A stretch of 20,000 bases of DNA from Chiloscyllium plagiosum (Eukaryota): assembly GCF_004010195.1 (NCBI RefSeq), contig NC_057752.1, positions 7,396,573-7,416,572 of the forward strand, read 5' to 3'. Below the pieces are notes generated by a model. That model was not told the DNA's origin. It was given only the letters and a program-made list of their open reading frames with translations, and did not search any database. Position numbers and translations under genes: made by a program. Numbering within the stretch: position 1 is the first letter of the stretch; each line of letters opens with the position of its first letter. This document shows positions 8,435 through 19,873 of this stretch, piece by piece.

Positions 8435-10437
8435 ATGATTATGTGAAAAGATGACACAGACGATAAGTCTTCAGGGTTGATTCTCACTCTTTAAATCGGG
8501 ATCGGATTAAATAGATTACCCCAAGGAAGTTGCCAGAAAAAATTAAACATTTTTGTACTTTCAGAACATTTCAATTTCAATAAAGGGAATTTAATATTAA
8601 ATAGGTATTTACAATTCTCTTCAACATTTCAATAAATAATTTATAAACCTGTGATTGAAGCTGTTCATTTTAAGGCAAAAATCATTGAACAGGAGGTAAC
8701 ATTGACATGGTTCTATTTACCCACATACACATATGTGCACAAATACAGACATACAAACTTTGCCTTTATTAATCCTCCTTTTTTCTCCCATGTCCCTATT
8801 CCTTTCCACACACATACATCCTTCTAGTGAGCTCTGAAGGGGTCAGGCAAACAGACAGTATGCATTTTTGGTTCAACAAACCCCCTCTTTTTCCATGGCT
8901 TCTCAAATAATAAAAATGGATGGTGATGGTAAGTTACAGATCACTGAGGTTGTCCAAGATTTTGTGGCAACGTGCACTTTTGCAACTGTGTTGGATGTAT
9001 GGTGCAATGTGTGTGCACCGTATATTGCCTGATCTGATAACATTGCTGGTAGGTGAACAGGAAATGTGAACATCAGTGTGTTTAAATTATAAGGACAACT
9101 AAATGTGGTTCTAAATGAAGCATTTGAAGAGGTCTTGCCTCATATTGCTGTAGGAATGCATTGCCACCTTCGATGAATGTAGAAGAAACTGGAGGGGAAA
9201 GCTGGAGTTTTAATTTTGTGACAAGCAGATTGCCATTTTCTCTGGTGGGGTTTTGTGGAATCTAGGATGGAAAAAATGGCCTGCAGGTGACTTAACTAGG
9301 TGGGATATCAACTTTCAATTTCCAAACAGTGAGTAGAGATGAAGAGATAAAGCCAGCAGCATGTTGAGCATTACACTGGCCTGTGGTGGATTCATACTTG
9401 TAATACATTTGCACCCATCAATATTCGTCAATATGAAACAGTTTTCCATAAAGTCCTACCCTCAAGATAAAGTCAATGGCACATGAGAATCTTGAGGCAC
9501 CTCATTCACAATTGTTTAAAGGTGATATGCACTTTCTGGCTTTGTGCAGTTGTGTGTAACATCTTCGGATTTCCTTGTTAAACTTGATGACATAAGGGCG
9601 GGGAGCAGAGAATGGAGGCTCAGGACTGGTAAAGGTGAGTTTAGTGGTGAGGTTTGAGGATCAAGATCAAGCAGAGGACAGAAAGTAAGGTCAGGGACAT
9701 AGAGGGTTGTAATTAGAGGAGGCTGGTGTCCTGGATGTGATGGGTGTGGTGGTGAGGACATTCACGATAATAAAATGAGGGGCCTAAAAGGCAGTGACCT
9801 GTGCTGTCCAATCCGGTATCCATTTCAGGATTTTGGTTGACAAGTTGTTACAAGGGTTTGAGTTCACATATAACAGTTCAATTATCCCCTCCTAGATTGC
9901 TTGCAGACAATGCCCTTCACAAGTTTGAAAGGAAGGCCGAACTTAGCCTGTAAGTTCAGCCATTTACCACAGAGTGGCAAGTACAAAACTGGACACTAAT
10001 ATGAAGCTTCAGTAAAGAGTTAAACCAAAACAAAATATTGTTTCTTCCATTATAAAAGAAATGTCCCTAACGCCCCTGTAACCAGGGAGATTACTAATCC
10101 ATTATTCATTAGAAACAACCACTTCATCCTTTTTTCCGCTGAAGACAGCATAAGTCAGCCTGCAAAGGAAATACATTGTACAGAACTGGTGGCTTTTCCA
10201 AAGTCCAGAGATTTATCTTGCAATTGCAATATTGCCATTCAAGCGCATGGACATGTTGCTGTGTTTTAATCTGAATGAAAGATTTTAATCTCCTGTTGGA
10301 CATACTTTGCAATCACCAACATAGAAGTAGCAATTAATCACTTAATATATTTGTATGACATTTTCCCGTATGTTAAATAGTTTTTTTTCATCAAACATGA
10401 AGAATATCATACAAATGTGCTCAGCATTTTTCAGTAT

Positions 10438-10510
10438 TTTTCATGGGGGACGTGAGTATTGCTGGAAGGGCCTTACATTTGTTCCTCAATCCCTAATTGC
10501 CCTTGAGAAG
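10438..10510 (-). mobile_element. Short 3'-tail fragment of an old SINE or LINE
   Basis: Minus strand CTTCTCAAGGGCAATTAGGGATTGAGGAACAAATG resembles a common shark retroposon tail recalled from memory. A related decayed segment lies at ~14772-14890. Confidence 0.45.
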
Positions 10511-10599
10511 CTATACTACTACTACAAGCATTCATTTCTTGCTTTTGAGTTCCCTGTCCAAAGGCAGGTCTGACCCATTGTGCCACAACATCCGCCACA

Positions 10600-10697
10600 G
10601 GTTCTGAATCTACCCCAGTCAGAATGGGAGTCGAACCCCAAGCTATTAGTGCTAATCTGATCTACACCAGCCATCTAACCAGTTAGGCTAGCCAACT
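10600..10697 (-). mobile_element. Ancient tRNA-derived SINE head fragment
   Basis: Minus strand TAGCCTAACTGG (A-box-like) ... GGGTTCGACTCCC (B box). No convincing cloverleaf. Confidence 0.5.
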
Positions 10698-10939
10698 CCT
10701 AAGGAGTCTGATTTCTTGTGATAACATACATTTACATGGATTTTGTGGCCCGGTGATGGTAGAGGCCCCAATTTCCTTCCATTACTTTGCTGACCAGAAA
10801 TCTCTCCCTGCTGTTACCATCTGTTGCAAGGATTTATAAGTTGATTCTTAATCTGTTTGACCACATTATGAACACACTTTCCTGGACCATCAATGCCTGG
10901 AGTGGGACCTCTGGTTCAGAGGCCCTACAAATCACTTCA

Positions 10940-11350
10940 AACCTGGCCTATATCCCTATAAACCCTTCCTATTCATATACCTATCCAGATGCCTTTTAAA
11001 TGTTGTAATTGTACCAGCCTGCATCACCTCCGCTGGCAGTTCATTCCATACATGTACCACTTTCTACATGAAAACATTGCCCCTTTGGTCCCTTTTAAAT
11101 CTTTCCCCTCTCTCCCTAAATCCATGCCCTCCAGTTCTGGACTGCCTCACCCCAGGAAAAAGACCTTGTCTATTTACCTTATCCATGCCCCTCATGATTT
11201 TATTAACCTCTATAAGGTCACCCCTCAGCCTCTGACACTCTAGGGAAAACAACCCCAGCCTATTCAGCCTCTTCCTATAGCTCAAACCCTCCAACCCTGG
11301 TAACATCCTTGTAAATTGTTTTGAACCCTTTCAAGTTTCACAACATCTTT
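10940..11350 (-). mobile_element. CR1 LINE 3' fragment, same subfamily as copy B
   Basis: ORF 11064-11306 reads MLPGLEGLSYRKRLNRLGLFSLECQRLRGDLIEV. The reverse complement is similar to 5750-6130. Confidence 0.9.
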
Positions 11351-11561
11351 TTTTTAAATCCTAATATTTATGTCCCTTGACATCTAGTATTCTGCGGTCT
11401 TGGACCCATCCTTTGACTTTACAGGAACATATTTGACCTGTACTCTTGCCTTTTCCTCCTTGAATGCTTCCCATTGCTCTGACACAATTTTATTTGCAAG
11501 AATCTGCTGTCAGGCCACTGAGGCCAAATTATCTTAGCAAAATTAGCCTTTTCCCAATTTA

Positions 11562-11960
11562 AGACCATAAGACGTAGGAGCAGAAATTGGGCCATTCAGC
11601 CCATTGAGTCTGCTCTGCCATTCAATCATGGCTGATAAGTTTCCCAATCCCATTCTCCCACGTTCTCCCCTTAACCCTTGATCCCCTTGATACTCAAGAA
11701 CCTATCTTTCTCAGTCTTCAATATATTTAATGGCCTGGTCTCCACAGCCTTCTGTGGCAATGATTTCCATAGATTCACCACTATCTGGCTGAAGACGTTT
11801 CTGCTTATCTCCATTCTAAAAGGTCTTCCCTTTACTCTAAGGCTTTGCCCTTGGGTTCTAGTCTCTCCCACCAATGGAAACATCTTTCCAACAATTACTT
11901 TGTCCAGGCCATTCACTGTTCTGTATGTTTCAATTAGATCCCCCTCAACCTTCTAAACTC
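11562..11960 (-). mobile_element. CR1 LINE 3' fragment nested in the older CR1
   Basis: ORF 11671-11916 reads MFPLVGETRTQGQSLRVKG...FSQIVVNLWKSLP. The CTTATGGTCT tail at ~11562-11571 resembles the copy A tail. Confidence 0.88.
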
Positions 11961-12216
11961 TATTGATTAAATACTGTTATTCCTGGTGCATCGTTATCCT
12001 TTTCCATAATTATCTTAAATCTATCTGAGCTATGATCACTATCTCCAAAATGGCCCTCTTCTGATACGCCTTCCACCTGCCTGGGTTCATTTCCAAATAT
12101 TAGATCCAGGACTGACCCCTTCCTTGTTGGGCTTTTTATGTACTGCCTAAAATAAAATTCCTGGATGCAATTTAAGAATTTTGCTCCCTGCCTACCTCGC
12201 ACACTAGAACTATTTT

Positions 12217-12526
12217 CGGCACGGTGGCACAGTGGTTAGCACTGCTGCCTCACAGCGCCAGAGACCCGGGTTCAATTCCCAACTCAGGCGGCTGACTGTG
12301 TGGAGTTTGCACATTCTCCCCGTGTCTGCGTGGGTTTCCTCCAGGTGCTCCGGTTTCCTCCCACAGTCCAAAAATGTGCAGGTCAGGTGAATTGGCCATG
12401 CTAAAATTGCCTGTAGTGTTAGGTAAGGGGTAAATGTAGGGGTATGGGTGGGTTGCGCTTCGACGGGTCGGTGTGGACTTGTTGGGCCGAAGGGCCTGTT
12501 TCCACACTGTAAGTAATCTAATCTAA
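12217..12526 (+). mobile_element. HE1-type SINE
   Basis: CGGCACGGTGGCACAGTGGTTAGC (A box), GGTTCAATTCCC (B box), conserved core, GGGCCGAAGGGCCTGTTTCCACACTGT and an AATCT-repeat tail. CpGs are largely intact. Confidence 0.93.
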
Positions 12527-13422
12527 TATTTGGGTATTTAAATTTCCCTCCTGTTCCTGTCTTATTATTCTTACATTTCTCTTAAATTTGATCCTCTATC
12601 TCTCCCTGACTGTTTGGAGGCCTGTAGTACCCACCCAACAGTGTGTTTACCCCTTTTGTGTTTTTTACTTCTACCCATTTAATGATCCTTCCAAGATTTT
12701 AACCTTCCTCACTGTTATAATTGATTCCTTGGTGAGTATTGTGAGCCTCACCTCCTCTTCTAACTCTTTCTATCTCATCTGAATGCCCTATAGCCAATCC
12801 TGCTCGTCTTTCAGCTAGTTTTCAGTCTTAGCTATAATATCATACTCCCAGGTGCCTGTCTGTGTCCACAGCTCATCTGCCTTATTCCTCAGGCTCTTTA
12901 CATTTATATATATTCCATTTAACCTTGCTAAACTCACTCACTAGTGTTTTAACCCCTAATTCTGTCTCAGCCTCTCTCCACTCTGAATGTTTTTGCAGGA
13001 TAACATCCCCCTGCCAATCTAGTCTAAATGCACCCAATAGGATTAGCCAAACCTTCCCATAAGAAGATGCAACTCATCCAATGTATACTGATGCTGCCTC
13101 CCCCACAAACTGTCTGAATGCCTCAGGAATTGAAAACCTTCCCTACTGCACCATCTTTCCAGTCAAATGTCCATTTGCTCTGTCCTTATATTCCTATACT
13201 GGTGTATGTTACTAGAAGAAAGTTGGAGATTACTACCTTTGAAGTCCAGCATTTCAGCTTGCTATCAAACTTCTGAAAGTCTACTTGCAGGACTTAATTT
13301 CTGCTTCTTCCTGTGTCATTGGTCCCAACATGGATCATGCTCTCTGGCTGTTTACTCTCTCCCTTCAAAATGCGCAAAGGAGATTCCCTCACTACCTGCC
13401 TGGTCCCCTTCTTGCTACCCAG

Positions 13423-13497
13423 ATGATAATGTCATTGGACTAGTAATCCAGAATGCCAGGCTAATGTTCTGGGGACATGGAGTCAAATCCCACCATG
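13423..13497 (+). mobile_element. tRNA-derived SINE head fragment (SacSINE1-like, tentative)
   Basis: AATGTCATTGGACTAGTAATCCAGA...GGGGACATGGAGTCAAATCCCACCATG with a degenerate B box. The family assignment is from recollection only. Confidence 0.5.
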
Positions 13498-14046
13498 ACC
13501 TGGTCCTCAGATCATCTGAATAAATGGTTAAAAAATGTTATTTGAGTACTAAAGAAAGGAAAATTAATTATGTGCTGTTTTAATATTTATTATTCTTAAG
13601 TTCATTTGACTAACAGAAGGAATCTTTCAAATGTAATTTTTTGCTGCAAAAGTGCTTCTTGATATTCACCCCATTTTTGTATCTGATCTGCGTTCAGGTC
13701 ATTTTTCTGAATTCTCTCCTGGCACAAGTCTTTCCCTGTAGGATCTAGCCCTTTGGAGTAGAGGGATAAATCAGGCATTGCTGCAGGGCTTCAGTACAAA
13801 AGAGCAGCTGAAGGCTGTTAGCCTCAAAGTTGATACATGTTACTGAAAAGAAAAATATATTTCTTCCTGGCTTACCTTGCAGCTTGTTTCTTTGCACATC
13901 CTCCAATGTGAGCAGCCACTGGATCACTGGATGCTTGGCCTAATGTCCAGCTGTCCTCAATGATGCAATCAATGGGCATGTGCCTGCCATTGTCAGTGCA
14001 AAATTGGACTTTTTAACACTTGGGATACAGACATAATTGAACAGCC

Positions 14047-14772
14047 ATTAGAACATCAAACATAGAACAGTGCAGCACTGAAACAGACACTTCAGCAACC
14101 CCCCCCCCCCCCCCCTCCATGTCTACACTCCATGATGCCATTCGAAACTAATCCCATTTGTCTGTACATGGTCCATATCCCTCTATTCCCTGCGTGTTCA
14201 TGTTTCTGTCTAAATGCTATCATATCTGCTTCTTCCAGGCACCTACCACCCTCTGTGTAAAAAAAACTTGCCTCTCACATCTCCTTTAAACTTTCCCCCT
14301 CTCTCCTTAAACTTATGCCCCTTAATATTTGACATTTCCACCCTGGGAAAAAGACTCCAACTATCCATGCTATCCATGCCTCTCATAAGTTTATATACTT
14401 CTATCAGCTCACCCCCTCAGCCTCCAAAGCCCTAGCCTAGAATAATCCAAGTTTTTCTATCCTCTCTTTATAGCTAATGCACTCTAATCCAGGAAGCATC
14501 CTGGTAAACCTCTTTTGCACCCTATCCAAAGCCTCTACATCCTTCCTATAGTGTGGCAACAGAATTGCACACAATAGTCCAAATATAGCTTAACAAAAAT
14601 TTTATACAGCTGCAGCATAACTTGCCAACTTTTATACTCAATGCCCTGACTGATGAAGGCAAGCATATACCTTATCCAGTGTGTTTCCATTTTCAGGGAG
14701 CTATGGACTTGCATCCCAAGATCTCTCTTTATATCAGTGCTCCTTAGGGTCCTGCCATTTACTGTATATTGT
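14047..14772 (-). mobile_element. CR1 LINE 3' fragment
   Basis: Minus-strand ORF includes YTVNGRTL...RDLGMQVHSSLK...LAFISQGIEYKSWQVMLQLYK...LDYCVQF. A CATAGAA-type tail appears on the + strand at ~14047-14068. Confidence 0.85.
14099..14115. repeat. C17 homopolymer
   Basis: 17 consecutive C residues inside the CR1 3' end. Confidence 0.9.
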
Positions 14773-14903
14773 CCATGCCTAATTTCCTTTGATAGTGTGG
14801 TATCATCTGTCTTCTTGGAACACTGTAATCTTTGTAATGAAGGTGCTTCCACAATATTGTTAAGTTGGTAGTTCCAAAATGGTCCCAACTCATGCTTGAT
14901 ATC

Positions 14904-15232
14904 TTAGATTAGATTCCCTACAGTATGGAAATAGGCCCTTTGGCCCAACTAGTCCACTCCGACACTCCAAAAAGTAACCCACCCAGATCCATCCCCCTAG
15001 CCTATATTTACCCCAACTGACACACCTATCACTACAGGCAATTTAGCACAACCAATTCACCTGACCCACACATCTTTGGATTGTGGGAGGAAGCTAGAGC
15101 ACCCGGAGGAAACCCCCACAGACACGAGGAGACTATGCAAACTCTGCACAGATAGTCACCCGAGGCGGGAATCGAACCCAGGTCCCTGACACTGTGAGGC
15201 AGCAGTGCTAACCACTGAGCTACCATGCTGCC
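14904..15232 (-). mobile_element. HE1-type SINE, more diverged subfamily
   Basis: Minus strand GGCAGCATGGTAGCTCAGTGGTTAGC, GGTTCGATTCCC, core, and CTGTAGGGAATCTAATCTAA tail. Confidence 0.9.
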
Positions 15233-16486
15233 TTGGCACTTTGCATCTCATTGTTGTTTTGTTAAAAGTCACACAACTTCAGTGTTGACAGTTACACATG
15301 ATTGTCAGCTTATATCAATATTTTCATCCAGATATACAATGCAGCATAGCTTTGATATTTTAACTTCAGGTCAGACACTCATCTAGCTGCACTACAGGTT
15401 TGTGATAATATTTCCAGTTATTTTTATTCCCATCTTCCATTATCCTTATTTTTATACAATTGTCCAATTAATGAATAAGAACTTATTTCTTTTTTGTAAA
15501 TGAGTGAACGTTGATGATTGCCATTCTATAAATAACATATGAATGAAACTGGCGGTGCTAACTCTCTTTGTCTTTCATTCAAAAAGCATAAAATACTCCA
15601 GTAATATGTTTTGTTTTGTCAATTGGTTAGCAATTTTTTTTTGACTAAAGTCAAATGTATTCAGCTTTGAGCCTGTGTACCTTTTACTGTTCAGCTTAAG
15701 TGAGTCAGAAGCAGAGAAGTGCTCACAGCTTCCTTTGAAGGATTACTGCTCTGTTTAAATGGCCAATTTAATCAAAATCTCTGCAAAATCAGAGTAACAG
15801 TCACTGCACAAAAGTGAATTAATCATTTTTAAATAATTTTACTGCAGTGCGTTGACTTTTAAATTTGTCCCTGAGGAAAATTGTATCCCTAAGAGGAGGG
15901 AAGGACAGTTATATTGAAGTCCTTTTATTATCACTTCCCACATATTATCATTTTTTGACCAAAAATGGCAGTAAAACAACTCCATTGTGCTACAGTATCT
16001 GAGTTCTGTAATATCTCTGGAGAATATTGGCAGTTTCAAAAGATTAAAGAAAAGTTTGCTGTATTCAAATTAAACTCAATTGAATCCTGATTAGCACAAA
16101 AGCAATTTATCTATTAATTTTATGCCTGGCTCAGGATGATGTTTTGATCAGGGATTTCTGATGCTTGCATGTCAAATCAGCCAGCTTGCAATATCTTTTA
16201 CTTTGTATTTAGCTAGTAATTTTATAACTGAAAATTTAAATCAAAGAATATAAGATATTTCAATATAACATAGAGATTGCATTATAGGATCACAAGATTG
16301 ATCAAGAAAGGTCTTTAACTGATTTGAGGTCATCCATCCAGAGGATGTAAAATTTCCTATGAAAACATCCAATTGTTTCTTCAATTATTCCAGAGTATTT
16401 CCTCCACCCTACCATAAAATCCATTCCATGTGTTGACCACACTTTTAAGTGGAGAAGAGCAACCTTGTGAAGTTGGTTTTGAATAT

Positions 16487-16807
16487 GGGGCAGCATGGTG
16501 GCTCAGAGGTTAGCGCTGCTGTCTCACAGTGCCAGGGATCCAGGTTTGATTCCAACCTCGGGCGACTGTCTATGTGGAGTTTGCACATTCTCCCCGTGTC
16601 TGCGTGGGTTTCCTCCCACAATCCAAAGATGTGCAGGTCAGGTGAATTGGCAAAGCTAAATTGCCCATAGTGTTCAGGGATGTGTAGGTTAGGAGCATTA
16701 GTCAGGGGTAAATGTAGAGGAATGGGGCTGAGTGGGTTACTCTTTGGAGGGTCAGTGTTGACTTGTTGGGCCGAAGGGCCTGTTCCCACACTGTAGGGAA
16801 TCTAATC
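16487..16807 (+). mobile_element. HE1-type SINE, more diverged subfamily
   Basis: GGGCAGCATGGTGGCTCAGAGGTTAGC, GGTTTGATTCC, core, and GGGCCGAAGGGCCTGTT...GTAGGGAATCTAATC. Confidence 0.9.
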
Positions 16808-17552
16808 ATGTCTTTTAATAATTTGAATCAAACTTCTTATCCTTCTGTCTTGGTTTATTTTGAATACTCATTCAATACCATTTTCTAACTTTTAAAAGAC
16901 TGAGCATACTGTCCTTCTTCTGTCTCAACAAATACACTAGAAAGATGAATTTCTCACAGTCGTTATGGGCGGAGTCTTCCCAGGCACTGAACGCCGTTGC
17001 CATTGGCAAGAAAGTTGGAAAAACTGTGTGCGACCAGCAGTGAGAGGCTTCAATTCAGGAATGAAAGTTCCATTTTCCAACCAAGTGTTGAGTGGGAAGG
17101 AGCTTATTTGCATATATTTGCTTGCATTAACATCTCATTATTAATTAATCTCACCTCATTTATATGCAGTTTCCCATTCTCCCATCTACTGGATAAGAAC
17201 AAGATGGTGACAATTCTCAACATGAAAGAGCAGGAACTTGGTTCACCACTTGCTGCTCTGGCTCTCTATCATGGACAGCAGTCACCGGTACCTCAGAGCA
17301 TGCTCCATGCGGCAGTGTCTGCATGCATCCCCTGTCCACAGACATTGGAAATTGACATGTACCAGCTTCACTGTACTGTCATAGTACAGAGACAGGCACT
17401 CGTCTCATGGATTGCAGTGTGCATCTCAGGCCTCCTAACTTGCTTTCTTGGTATTCACTCACTTTCTACTTTCTTTGATGTTCACAATGTTTCTGCCTTG
17501 CCCTGTCTTTTTGCATTGTGCCTCCAGGTTCGCAGTACTTCAGCCTTGACTT

Positions 17553-18157
17553 GTCATAGAGTCATAGAGTTGTACGCATGGGAACAGACCCTTCGGTCTA
17601 ACTCATCTGTGCAAACCTGATAGCCTAAACTAATCTAGTCCCATTTGCCAGCATTTAGCCATATCCTTCTAAACTCTTCCTATTCATGTACCCATCCAGA
17701 TGCCTTTCAAGTGCTGTAATTGTACCAGCCTCCACCACTTCCTTTGCAGATGATTTTGTACACGCACCCTCTGTATGAAAAAGTTGCCCCTTTAAATCTT
17801 TCCCCTCTCACCTTAAACATATGCCCTCTAATTTTGGACTCCCCTACCCTGGGAAAAAAGCTTTGGCAATTCACCCTATCTATGCCCCTCGTGATGTTAT
17901 AAACATCAATAGGGTCTTCCCGTCAGTTTCTGACGCTGTAGGAAAAATAGCCCCAATCTATACAGCCTCTCCCTATAGCTCAAACCCTCTAATCCCAGCA
18001 ACATCTTTGTAAATTTTTTTCTGAACCCTTTCAAGTTTAACAATTTCTTTCCGAGAGTAGGGAGTCCAGACTTGTACACAGTATTCCAAAAGTGGCCTAA
18101 TCAATGTCCTGTACAGCTGCAACTTGACATTCCAATTCCTATACTCAATGCACTGAT
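17553..18157 (-). mobile_element. CR1 LINE 3' fragment nested in the putative Harbinger
   Basis: LQLYRTLIRPLLEYCVQVWTP...KLERVQK on the minus strand. CTCTATGA-repeat tail (GTCATAGAGTCATAGAG on +) at 17553-17569. Confidence 0.9.
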
Positions 18158-18818
18158 CACTGTCTTTTAGTGAAGACACAAAACCAGTTGCTTGTCATGA
18201 TTGTCAGCAGTAATCACTGAAAGGCGGTGGACATGTTCCTGTAAATCACTGTGCAGCATCAATCTCACACTTGCATCATGTGTCAGCAGGGAATGCAGCA
18301 AGCATTAGCCAAATAGCCATGTCTCAAAGTCTACAGGGAGTCATCCTTCGTCAAAGGAGCCTTCAGTCATGGCGTCCCAGCTCAGTATGTCAGGACAGCC
18401 TGTGATATCAGTCTAAGGGCTTGGGGACAGTCAGTTAGCCAACTGGGCAGTCAGAGTCAGGATCCTCTCCTTTGTAGAGGGTGAATAGCTGAATTCCCTA
18501 CCATCTGACTTGGCTCTTTATGCCCTTATTCCCCTGGGATGAGACAAAGGGAAGGTTTGAATAAGATGAAAGTGGCTAGCACAGCTGTTACTACTGGTGC
18601 AGGTAGGGAAAGGTAGTGAGATGTCCCTAGTGAATGAGTAAGCAGCACAGAGCCCATGCGGGATTAGTGGTTTGGGGGATAAGGTGGCTGAGAGTGAATG
18701 AGCAAAGATTTTGCATGAGATAGTGAAAGAGATTGGGCCATGAGCCTTGGTGGGAGGTGTGTGCAGTAGCAAAGTTAAAGTGAGTGTAAGCTAGTAGAGA
18801 GCAGATGGTGACACTTAG

Positions 18819-19025
18819 CCTTCTGTAATTGAATTGGTCATTAAATTTCTTGCAGCATTGCTGGGCATTTCTCTGGAATGTGGATACCATGTTGATCCGA
18901 CTGGCAGCATAGTCTCCTCTGCTATCCTGAGTAAAGATGACAAACCTCCTCTCTACCACCCTGTCCACCAGGACCTTCAGATCCTTGTCAACAAAATAGG
19001 GTGTCAGTTTCCCTCTGCCCGACAT
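18819..19025 (-). pseudogene. Myb/SANT-like DNA-binding domain remnant (Harbinger accessory protein type)
   Basis: MSGRGKLTPYFVDKDLKVLVDRVVERRFVIF...AASRINMVSTFQRNAQQCCKKFND fits the pattern F...(D/E)L.VLV..V..R..(V/I)LF ... R...QC.KK.NDL of Myb/SANT-like (MSANTD-type) domains. The Trp-bearing middle helix appears to be deleted. Confidence 0.65.
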
Positions 19026-19873
19026 GTCTGTGACAGTTCACATGTACAGGGCAGCTCTGGACTGACAGCCCTTGACTGGGTCCACAGCTGGGAATTAAAA
19101 ATGGCATTGGCATGAGTGATCCTGGGATATTCCAGTAGATCCACTCAAGTACTTGCATCTGCAGTTTATAGAAGAATACAACATGTGGGGTGCCATGGGG
19201 TAAGGTGCATAGGTAATGAGGTGAGTCTGGAACGATAGCATGAGAAATTTTACCAGGCCTCACATAGAGAAACCCTCCAAATAACCTGCCAAAATTGACA
19301 CAGACAATTTCCAGTAAAATTCAGCCCTATGTATCTGAATTTCCACGATCTGATTGCAGATCTTAGCACCTGAAATTAGGACAGCAAAGAATTAGTTGCT
19401 GATATCAGGGCCTCGTGGCTGCTGTAGTGGGTCTACAACTGATTCTTGAATGGATATCCCTAAAAATAAGAGGGAATATATGCAGGCCTGATGCCTGACC
19501 TTCTTCAGTTTTCCAACTGGAGAAGAATTGAGGGGGAGGGATAAAGGTTTAATGCTTGATTCTTTTGGTCCTCACTTCAAAGGGACACCATGCTTGCACA
19601 GTGAGATGGAAGTGGGACCACATGCAAATGGCTCAGCTGCAACACTTTGCCTTCACATATTTTAAGCACAGGCTCTACTCCAGTCTTTATTTAAATGTCT
19701 AGTGTTGACATACAAGGGCTAGAGAATGCCCCCTGTTATGATGCACTTGGGAAAGTGCGCTGTTTCTCAAGCTCCGCTACTCTTGGGGTCACCAGAAAAG
19801 TTACTGATCTAATCAAAGCACACAAATTCCCAATTTACCTATTGGTTGGAACCAGGTTTACAGAAAACACTGG

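Larger units (their letters stand above)
11355..13400 (-). mobile_element. Old CR1 LINE 5' half (SGNH-esterase ORF1 remnant plus APE endonuclease), interrupted by two insertions
   Basis: Minus strand: ILKGESKQPESMIHVGTND (~13315-13370, esterase block III), DELHL-like block V (~13070), SLRNKADEL...YDIIA (APE start, ~12895-12830), and SPTRKGSVLDLIF...GDSDH (ORF 11960-12202). Confidence 0.8.
16967..19327. mobile_element. Decayed PIF/Harbinger-type DNA transposon
   Basis: Imperfect TIRs GGGCGGAGTCTT (16967-16978) and AAAATTCAGCCC (19316-19327), 9/12 match. Identical 3-bp flank TAT at 16964-16966 and 19328-19330. Contains a Myb/SANT-like ORF remnant. Confidence 0.6.

Noticed and set aside
8560..8640. 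Repeated ACATTTCAAT / AATAAA motifs
   Set aside because: Short repeats in very AT-rich sequence; no upstream exon was identified to make them a poly(A) site.
9590..9790. Purine-rich segment, possibly an ancient L2-type fragment
   Set aside because: No protein motif or terminus could be confirmed by eye.
14099..14115. C17 run as a functional element
   Set aside because: It is a simple homopolymer expansion within a CR1 3' end, and its length may be a sequencing artefact.
16997..17620. 207-aa ORF, the longest in the track
   Set aside because: It has a non-ATG start and no recognisable domain, and it runs from the putative transposon into an antisense CR1 tail. Probably fortuitous.
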